Source of the DNA: Candidatus Latescibacterota bacterium
Lineage (GTDB): Bacteria; Latescibacterota; UBA2968; GCA-2709665
Direction of reading: 5' to 3'
Assembly (NCBI GenBank): GCA_963662665.2
Contig: CAXXJS010000010.1
Location: 352,001-416,000, forward strand
DNA length: 64,000 bases
Positions 56,931 through 64,000 of the stretch are shown in pieces (positions within the stretch are counted from its first letter, which is position 1; each line of letters begins with the position of its first letter). The notes below the pieces were generated by a model. The model did not search any database, was not told the DNA's origin, and was given only the letters and a program-made list of their open reading frames with translations. Made by a program: the position numbers and the translations under genes.

Positions 56931-57920
56931 ATGGGCAGGGTGTTTGGCGTCTACGGTATCGGCAATGCGCTGGTGGACATTCAGTATCGGGTAACGCCCG
57001 ACTTTCTCGCGGCGGCCGGCATTGAGAAGGGGGTAATGACATTGATCGGAGAGGACCGGCATCACGAACTCCTTGAACACCTGGGCGATGACGTTCTGAA
57101 GCGTTCGTCGGGCGGGTCGGCTGCGAATACCATGATCGCCATGGCCAATCTGGGCGGGAAGGCATATTATGCGTGCAAGGTGGCGAAGGACGCGTACGGG
57201 GACTTTTATCTCCAGGATCTGGCAGCGGCCGGAGTGGCTTCCAACCGGTTTCAGGGAGAGGGCATCACGGGCAAGTGTCTGGTCATGATCACCGACGACG
57301 CCGATCGCACGATGAATACCTACCTCGGCATTACCGGAACGTTCGGTCCGGACCAACTCGAGCCCGACATGATTGGACAAAGTGACTACCTGTATATTGA
57401 AGGGTATCTTGTGGCCTCCGATGAGGGTTTCGCCGCGGCGCTGTCTGCACAGGTCGAAGCACACGCGCGAGGAACCCGGGTGTCGTTGTCGCTGAGCGAT
57501 CCCTCCATCGTAGCCGCGTTCGGAGACCGGATGCGGGCGCTGGTGGACGGCGGGGTGGATATGCTGTTTTGCAATGAAGACGAAGCGCGGACATTTACGG
57601 GAACAGCCGAAACAAACGATGCCTGTGTCGTTCTGGAAACCAGGGTGGGTGCATACGCGGTTACCTGTGAGGCCGATGGCGCCATTTTATGGGACGGAGG
57701 GGAACGGTTTCGCTCACCGGGATTCAGCGTTGACGCGGTGGATACCAACGGCGCGGGGGATATGTTCGCGGGGGCCTATCTGTTCGGCGTCACCCATGGG
57801 CTCGACGCGGCACAGTCGGCAAAACTGGCGAACTACGCGTCGAGGTGCGTTGTGGCGCAGTACGGGCCGCGGCTGGAGGTTTCGCTAAAAGGGGAGATCG
57901 AACGGATTCTGTCGATGTAA
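56931..57920 (+). CDS. PfkB-family carbohydrate/adenosine kinase
   Basis: GNALVD, GGSAANT and DTNGAGD motifs. Confidence 0.9.
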   Translation: MGRVFGVYGIGNALVDIQYRVTPDFLAAAGIEKGVMTLIGEDRHHELLEHLGDDVLKRSSGGSAANTMIAMANLGGKAYYACKVAKDAYGDFYLQDLAAAGVASNRFQGEGITGKCLVMITDDADRTMNTYLGITGTFGPDQLEPDMIGQSDYLYIEGYLVASDEGFAAALSAQVEAHARGTRVSLSLSDPSIVAAFGDRMRALVDGGVDMLFCNEDEARTFTGTAETNDACVVLETRVGAYAVTCEADGAILWDGGERFRSPGFSVDAVDTNGAGDMFAGAYLFGVTHGLDAAQSAKLANYASRCVVAQYGPRLEVSLKGEIERILSM

Positions 57921-57998
57921 GTTCGGGCCGGTGAGAACATCCCCGAATTGAAATAGAACAGATGACGAGAATGCCGTCCCCTTTTGGGGGCGGTATTC

Positions 57999-59270
57999 TC
58001 ATGCGTTCGCCTCCCGTGCGGCCGGTGCATTCCGGAAACCCGACATGGCCAGCGTGACCGCAACAACGAACAGGGCCGCGGTGGCGCACGTTGTACCCAC
58101 GGCGAAAGGCGCGCCGAAGCGTTCGGCCAGCGCGCCGGCACTCAGGCGGCCCGGGGGACCCGTCCCGATAGCCAACACGACACCGCCCATGGCGCGACTG
58201 CGCATGTCGTCCCGTGCCGATAGCAGGACGATGGTGCTTTGGAGAAGACCGAAGGCCGCGTGGCCGATTCCTGAGAGGATGAGAAGGCCCAGCGAGAGAT
58301 AGAAGTCGGTGGACATTGAAAATACAACCACGGCGGCGGCCATCAGAAACGAGCCGGCCGCGTAGAGCCAGCTAATTCCAACATAACGGCGGAACCTGCT
58401 CACAATCCAGAGGCCGGCGAACGCACCCACCCCGTTGGCGGATGCGAGTACGCCGAATCCGACCGGGCCCTGATGCAGGATATCTCGTGCAAACACAGGC
58501 AACAGCGTCTGGTAGGGAAAGACCAGGAAGTTCATGGTAATCGTAATGAGCGTAACACCCAGAATTGACGGGTTGCTGCGGATATAGCGCAGCCCATCCA
58601 CCGTCCGGGTCCAGTGGGAACCTTCCGTCGGCGTTCGTTCGAGGGCGGGTTGTCTGGAGAGCCGGAAAAGGATCAATAGAGAAGCCAGGGCAATTCCGGT
58701 CAGAATCAGAAAACACCCGAGGGGTCCCAGGGTCGCGTAAAGTGCCCCGCTGGAAAAGGGCCCGGCAACCCGCGTGATGTTCTGTGAGATTCCCTCGAGG
58801 AGCATGGCGTCCATGGTACGCGCTCTGCCGACCAGGTCGGGCAGCATCGACCTTCGGGCGGTCCAGTCCACCGCCCAGGTCGTTCCCATGACCAGTGCGG
58901 CGACAGCCAGATGCCAAACAGCCAGGCGGTCCGCCAGGATAATCAGGGCGATCGAAAGGGATACGGCAAGGTTGACCGCCTGGGAGAAGATGATGATCTT
59001 CCGGCGCCCGAACCGGTCCGTGAGGGGTCCGGATACGAAGCCGACCAGCAGCAGCGGGGCCATGCGGTAGAAACCGATCAGCGATACCTGCCAGGCCGAG
59101 TTGGTCAACTCAAGGACCAGCCAGCCGGCCACGATGATTTCCATCCACATGAACTGCCACCAGAGGGCGTTACTGGCCAGCAGCCGGCGATAGTCGGGGT
59201 TGTTCAGTGGCGCGAAAGCGCCGTGAAATCGGGGTGGGGTTTCGGAGGGTCCTTCGGATCGTTGGGGCAT
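57999..59270 (-). CDS. MFS transporter (DHA3/EntS-like)
   Basis: GPLTDRFGRR motif A and about 12 TM helices. Confidence 0.85.
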   Translation of the reverse strand: MPQRSEGPSETPPRFHGAFAPLNNPDYRRLLASNALWWQFMWMEIIVAGWLVLELTNSAWQVSLIGFYRMAPLLLVGFVSGPLTDRFGRRKIIIFSQAVNLAVSLSIALIILADRLAVWHLAVAALVMGTTWAVDWTARRSMLPDLVGRARTMDAMLLEGISQNITRVAGPFSSGALYATLGPLGCFLILTGIALASLLILFRLSRQPALERTPTEGSHWTRTVDGLRYIRSNPSILGVTLITITMNFLVFPYQTLLPVFARDILHQGPVGFGVLASANGVGAFAGLWIVSRFRRYVGISWLYAAGSFLMAAAVVVFSMSTDFYLSLGLLILSGIGHAAFGLLQSTIVLLSARDDMRSRAMGGVVLAIGTGPPGRLSAGALAERFGAPFAVGTTCATAALFVVAVTLAMSGFRNAPAAREANA

Positions 59271-59528
59271 GGAGGATTCAGCTGACGGATCGAGGCAACC
59301 GTAATGCGTGGCTCGAAATCTTTGTGTTCACGTGACGAATCATTGCCGACTTGAAATTACCGGTTTGTCCCGGTTCACTGACGTTCGCATGTTTCGCTAC
59401 AGTCATTGCCTGTGTTGTGTTCGGCAAGCCTGTGGAACCGGGTTGGCTTTGGGCAGCCGACGGATGGAATCGTAACGTCCCTCCCCGTGGAGGGAGGGGT
59501 CGAATTCCGGATTTCTTCCATGCAATCC

Positions 59529-60707
59529 CTACCCGCTTGTCTTGCCGAAATTCCTGGCGAACGTGAGAAAGTCGTTGAAATCCACGTCGCCGTCCCCGTC
59601 GAAATCCCCGATCAGCCCGGTTGACGTGCCGGTGTCCCCAACGGCGGCCGCTTCAGAAGACCAGCGCTGATTCCCATCGTTCCCCACGGTTTCCGCCACT
59701 CCGTTGCCGTTCCCGTCGACAAAGGCACTGAACCCGCCGCCTTCGATACTCATTCGCCCGATGCCGGTCGAATCGGCGCCCATGCCGGCCACAACCCGCT
59801 CGGACGCATTCATGAATCCGATGAGACCGTGTCCATTCTGATTCGCGCCCAGTATCCCAATGGCTTTGTTGTCCCGATTTCCCACAATTGCCAAACCGTC
59901 TCCATCGGCGTCGACGGAGAAGCCCGCCGCCGGTCCTGACTTGTTCCTGACGTCCATCCATCCATTGGCGTCCTCCGTCTCATCCGCGCCAATTGCGGCA
60001 ACGATACCGCCCGCCGCATTCGAGATACGAAGGGCGCCGTTACCGTTTTCGTCGATACCGAAACCGGAAACGAGCTTGTCATCCGAGTTAAATACCAGAA
60101 TCGTGCCGTCACCGGCACTATCGAAGGCGAGTGCGGCAGCCGAACCCGTTGCGCTCCTCGCGTCGACCCATCCATTGGCCTGTTCCGACGGATCGGCGCC
60201 CATGGCGGCCGCGACCCTCCCGGCGGAATTGAGGACCCCCAGGTTCCCATGTCCGTTTGGGTCGACGCCCACGACGGAAACCACGGCGCCGTTTTCGTTC
60301 CCTATCAACAGCGAACCGTTTCCCGACTCGTCCGACCCGAGGGCTGCGACGACCTCCCCGCTCGCATTTACAACGTGAAGTGTGCCCACCCGCAAGGTGT
60401 CACCGGCGTCGATGATTTGCTCCGGAGCAATCTTGCTCAGTCCACCACTAACGGCCTCCGGTAAAGGGAGGTCGGGACGTACAGGCGACAGATCGACGAA
60501 CCGCACATCGCCTGCAGTCGTGCCGTGTCGGAGGCTGAACGAGGCCAGCTTTGACGGAAGCGTCCGGTTAAGCCACTTCGATGCCTGGGTCAGAGCGGGC
60601 GACGCGGTGAAGAGGAAGGCAACGAGCAACCCTGCAATCGCCCGCTTCTGCCAGCGTAATTTCACTTCCAGCGCCTCAAGTCTTTGTCGTACATCGCCCT
60701 GAGTCAT
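59529..60707 (-). CDS. repeat-rich exported protein with C-terminal dockerin/EF-hand-like motif
   Basis: N-terminal coiled coil plus TM helix, Gly/Asn/Asp-rich repeats of about 23 aa, tail GDFDGDGDVDFNDFLTFARNFG. Confidence 0.7.
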   Translation of the reverse strand: MTQGDVRQRLEALEVKLRWQKRAIAGLLVAFLFTASPALTQASKWLNRTLPSKLASFSLRHGTTAGDVRFVDLSPVRPDLPLPEAVSGGLSKIAPEQIIDAGDTLRVGTLHVVNASGEVVAALGSDESGNGSLLIGNENGAVVSVVGVDPNGHGNLGVLNSAGRVAAAMGADPSEQANGWVDARSATGSAAALAFDSAGDGTILVFNSDDKLVSGFGIDENGNGALRISNAAGGIVAAIGADETEDANGWMDVRNKSGPAAGFSVDADGDGLAIVGNRDNKAIGILGANQNGHGLIGFMNASERVVAGMGADSTGIGRMSIEGGGFSAFVDGNGNGVAETVGNDGNQRWSSEAAAVGDTGTSTGLIGDFDGDGDVDFNDFLTFARNFGKTSG

Positions 60708-60770
60708 CTGTTACCTCCGTCACGTGAATAAATCAGCTGCGTGGGTTTTTCCTGTCGTGTCCTGCAAAGA

Positions 60771-61931
60771 CTACGGCCCTTCGTCGCGCGGATGCCGCAG
60801 CTTGCGACCCGGGAACCGGCGAAAGGGATACTCGGCGAGCGCGTCCTCGTCCAGGTCGATGCCCAATCCGGGCGTGGCGGGAAGCGCGATGTAACCGTTT
60901 TCGACAGTGAAGTGATTCACAGCGATTTCGTTTCCCACCGGTTCGAAATTCACGAAGTACTCGGTTATCAGAAAGTTGGGCATGCCGGCCGCGGCCTGCA
61001 TTGTTGCGGCCAACCCGACCGTTGTGCTGTTGTAGTTGTGGGGCGAAACCGCAACGTGGCAGGGCTCGGCCATCGCCGCGATTTCGCGAAGTTCGAGGAT
61101 ACCGCCGCAGTTACAGACGTCCGGGTTGATGACGTCGGCGGCGCGTTTGTCAAAGACGTCGCGGAACTCGGTTTTGGTGTAGAGTTCCTCGCCCGTGACA
61201 ACCGGGATGCGGATGTTTCGTCTGGCTTCCGACAGGCCGTCGAGGTCGCGGGAAGAAACAGGTTCCTCGTACCAAAAGGGATTGAATGGCTCCATGGCGC
61301 GCGCAACGCGGACGGCATGCGCCGGAGAGAGCCGGCGGTGCACTTCAACCAGGATATCCACGTCGGGCCCCACGGCCTCGCGTACGGCCCCCACCCGGTC
61401 CACGGCGGCCTGCTCGTCCTTCTTGTCGATGATGCTGCGCCAGGGGCCGGGAAAGGGGTCGAACTTGAGCGCGGTGAACCCCCTCGCCACAACCGAGGCC
61501 GCCCGTTCGGCGAGTTCCTCCAGCCCCTTCCCGGGGTCGTACCAGCTCCCCCAGCCATTGGCATAGACCTTGATCCTGGTCCTGCATGCGCCGCCGAGCA
61601 GGTTGTAGACGGGCTGGTTCAGAGATTTGCCGACAATGTCCCACATCGCCTGTTCGATGGCGCTGATGGCGGCGTAGAGATCCATCGCGCCTCTCTTGCT
61701 CGCGAAGTCCGTATACGCCGCGTACGTGAAATGCTTGATATCGAACGGCGACCGTCCGGTCAGGTAGCGTCCCAGTTCTTCCACGTGAACCTGGATGCTC
61801 CGGTCCCTGTCGTGCTGGGTGTAGGCCTCGCCCCATCCGTGGATGCCAGCGTCGGTTTCCAGTTTGACAAAGAGCCAGTTTTTCGCGCTTCCCGGATGAA
61901 CAAGGAAGGAATTGACGCGCTCAACCCGCAT
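60771..61931 (-). CDS. mandelate racemase-subgroup acid-sugar dehydratase (DgoD-like)
   Basis: GWGE, KFD, EVH, EEP, GEE and PHN motifs. Confidence 0.85.
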   Translation of the reverse strand: MRVERVNSFLVHPGSAKNWLFVKLETDAGIHGWGEAYTQHDRDRSIQVHVEELGRYLTGRSPFDIKHFTYAAYTDFASKRGAMDLYAAISAIEQAMWDIVGKSLNQPVYNLLGGACRTRIKVYANGWGSWYDPGKGLEELAERAASVVARGFTALKFDPFPGPWRSIIDKKDEQAAVDRVGAVREAVGPDVDILVEVHRRLSPAHAVRVARAMEPFNPFWYEEPVSSRDLDGLSEARRNIRIPVVTGEELYTKTEFRDVFDKRAADVINPDVCNCGGILELREIAAMAEPCHVAVSPHNYNSTTVGLAATMQAAAGMPNFLITEYFVNFEPVGNEIAVNHFTVENGYIALPATPGLGIDLDEDALAEYPFRRFPGRKLRHPRDEGP

Positions 61932-61983
61932 TTCGTAAATGCTCCTGAGAGCCGTACCTGACACCCGATGGAAAACCGGGGCG

Positions 61984-62751
61984 CTAAATCATCAGATCTC
62001 CGCCGTTGATGTCCAGCGACGCGCCGGTAATGTAGGCAGCCTGATCGGAGGCAAGGAAGGCGACAAGGTCGGCCACTTCCTCCGGTCTGCCAAGGCGGGG
62101 GATGGGAAAGCTCCGCGCGAAGGCGTGCGTACGGTCTTCGTCGATGGTTCCGCGAACCATTTCGGTATCGATCAGACCGGGACAAACGGCATTCACGGTA
62201 ATGTTGAAAGGCGCGACCTCACTGGCCAGATGGCGGGTGAATCCCAGCACGCCGGCTTTGGCGGCGGTGTAGTGTGCGCCGCCCACGGTACTGATATTCT
62301 TGCCGGCGGTGGATGAGAAATTGACGATGCGCCCCCATCCCGCCTCCCGCATATGGGGGAGGACAGCCTTTGAGCAGAGAAAGGCGCCTTTCAGATTGAC
62401 GTCGATCACTCGATCCCATTCGTCTTCGTCGATGTCGATGACGCTGGTGGGGAAGAGGATGCCGGCGTTGTTGACCAGGATATGGACGGCGCCGAATGTA
62501 TCCGCCGTCCAGTCGACCATAGCTTGCACGCCGGGCGCATCGGTGACATCGGCCTGAAAGTGAAAGGCCCTGGTGAACGAGGAACGCAGCTCTTCGGCCG
62601 TACTTTCGGCGTTGGACTCGTCGAGGTCGTTAACGACGAGGTGAGCGCCGTTTTCCGCCAGGGTTCGGGCAACTGACCGGCCGATGCCCTGCCCGGCCCC
62701 GGTCACAATGGCGATGCGGTCCCGCAGGGGTTGCTGCCTGGCCATTTCCAT
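61984..62751 (-). CDS. short-chain dehydrogenase/reductase
   Basis: TGAGQGIG, NNAG and YTAAK motifs. Confidence 0.92.
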   Translation of the reverse strand: MEMARQQPLRDRIAIVTGAGQGIGRSVARTLAENGAHLVVNDLDESNAESTAEELRSSFTRAFHFQADVTDAPGVQAMVDWTADTFGAVHILVNNAGILFPTSVIDIDEDEWDRVIDVNLKGAFLCSKAVLPHMREAGWGRIVNFSSTAGKNISTVGGAHYTAAKAGVLGFTRHLASEVAPFNITVNAVCPGLIDTEMVRGTIDEDRTHAFARSFPIPRLGRPEEVADLVAFLASDQAAYITGASLDINGGDLMI

Positions 62752-62829
62752 GATATGCGTCCTCTCACAATTGCGGACGGCTGCCTGTGTGCCCGCATTG
62801 TCTTCAGTTGTCGTAATCGATAGGGAAGT

Positions 62830-64000
62830 TCATTCCGGTCCGACACCGAGGGCCTTGCCGACCTCCACAAAGGTATCGATGGCGCGGTCAAGTTGCGTTC
62901 GTGTGTGGGCCGCGGAGATCTGAACGCGGATCCGGGCCTCGCCCCTGGGGACCACCGGATAACTGAAGCCCACGACGAAAATACCACGCTCATTCATGGC
63001 GTGGGCCATTCGCACGGTCTGCCGTTCGTCGCCAATCATAATGGGGACGATAGGGTGGATGCCCCCCGGTATACTGAAGCCGCGCTGGCTCATTGTCTTC
63101 CTGAAGTATCGGGTGTTCCGCATCAGGGACCGTCGATATACCGGCCGCGTCTGTGCGAGTTCCAGCGCTTTCAATCCGCCCGCCGCAGTGGCCGGCGCCA
63201 CGGTGTTGGAGAAGAGGTAGGGACGGGAGCGCTGTCGCAAGTAATCGATGATTTCCCCACGGCCCGTCGTGAATCCTCCGGAAGCGCCGCCCAGGGCCTT
63301 TCCAAGCGTACTGGTGAGGATATCGATCCGGTCTTCAACGCCGCACAATTCAGGGGTGCCGCGGCCGTGGGCCCCCAGAAAGCCGGTTGCGTGGGAGTCG
63401 TCCACCATCACGAGCGCGTCGTGTGCGTCCGCGAGGCGACAGATCTCATCGAGCGGCGCCACGGCGCCGTGCATGGAGAATACGCCGTCTGTGGCTATCA
63501 TGCGGAAGCGGGCGTCCGCCGCATCCTCGAGCAGGGCTTTGAGGCGCGCCATGTCGGCATGGGGATAAATGCTGCGCCGCGCCTTGCAGAGTCGGATACC
63601 GTCTATAATACTGGCGTGGTTGAGCGCATCGCTGATCACGGCGTCTTCCGGGCCGAGCAGGGTCTCGAACAGGCCCGCGTTGGCGTCGAAGCAGGAAGTA
63701 TAGAGAATGGTGTCATCTGTATTCAAAAACCTGGAGATACGACCCTCCAGGGTCTTGTGCAGGGTCTGTGTGCCGCAGATGAAGCGCACCGAAGCCAGGC
63801 CGTATCCAAACTCGTTCAACCCTTTCGCGGCCGCATTTACAATCTCCGGATGGTTGGCGAAGCCTAGATAATTATTGGCGCAAAAGTTGATGGCTTCACC
63901 TTCCAGGGCTTCGATCCGCGTGTGCTGGGGTGTGGTTATCTGTCTTTCCGTCTTGTAGAAGCCGTTTTCCCGGATGGATTGCAATTCGTCCTGCAACCAC
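62830..64000 (-). CDS. kbl: glycine C-acetyltransferase (2-amino-3-ketobutyrate CoA ligase), 5' end outside the window
   Basis: [32 protein letters not shown] and ARIRVQ motifs. Confidence 0.93.
   Translation of the reverse strand, partial: WLQDELQSIRENGFYKTERQITTPQHTRIEALEGEAINFCANNYLGFANHPEIVNAAAKGLNEFGYGLASVRFICGTQTLHKTLEGRISRFLNTDDTILYTSCFDANAGLFETLLGPEDAVISDALNHASIIDGIRLCKARRSIYPHADMARLKALLEDAADARFRMIATDGVFSMHGAVAPLDEICRLADAHDALVMVDDSHATGFLGAHGRGTPELCGVEDRIDILTSTLGKALGGASGGFTTGRGEIIDYLRQRSRPYLFSNTVAPATAAGGLKALELAQTRPVYRRSLMRNTRYFRKTMSQRGFSIPGGIHPIVPIMIGDERQTVRMAHAMNERGIFVVGFSYPVVPRGEARIRVQISAAHTRTQLDRAIDTFVEVGKALGVGPE

Overview
GC-rich bacterial chromosomal window from a diderm organism, with no rRNA, CRISPR array, transposase or prophage genes visible. 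The many sulfatases, PhyH dioxygenases, MFS transporters and proteins ending in a dockerin/EF-hand-like DFDxDGxVxFxDF tail resemble Latescibacterota/Gemmatimonadota-type uncultured lineages (inference only). Contents: topA-xerC plus cell-surface genes, type III glutamine synthetase with a TorF-like porin, a CzcCBA-type efflux pump, tRNA-Pro(TGG), an imelysin/di-haem/porin metal-uptake operon, catabolic genes, a zeta-toxin-like pair, pdxJ and kbl. Main items for follow-up: (1) a two-domain rhodanese whose catalytic Cys codon is an in-frame TGA, a probable selenoprotein cut short by the ORF track; (2) an RtcR/CARF-like sigma-54 activator with a palindromic operator and a divergent sigma-54-like promoter facing a lone staphylococcal-type nuclease, with no rtcAB; (3) a HAD-enolase-GH3 operon converging on FkbM-PepP-P450, several enzymes carrying non-canonical catalytic residues; (4) two PhyH enzymes lacking the HxD carboxylate, one with a halogenase-like HxG; (5) GTAG-type REP palindromes.
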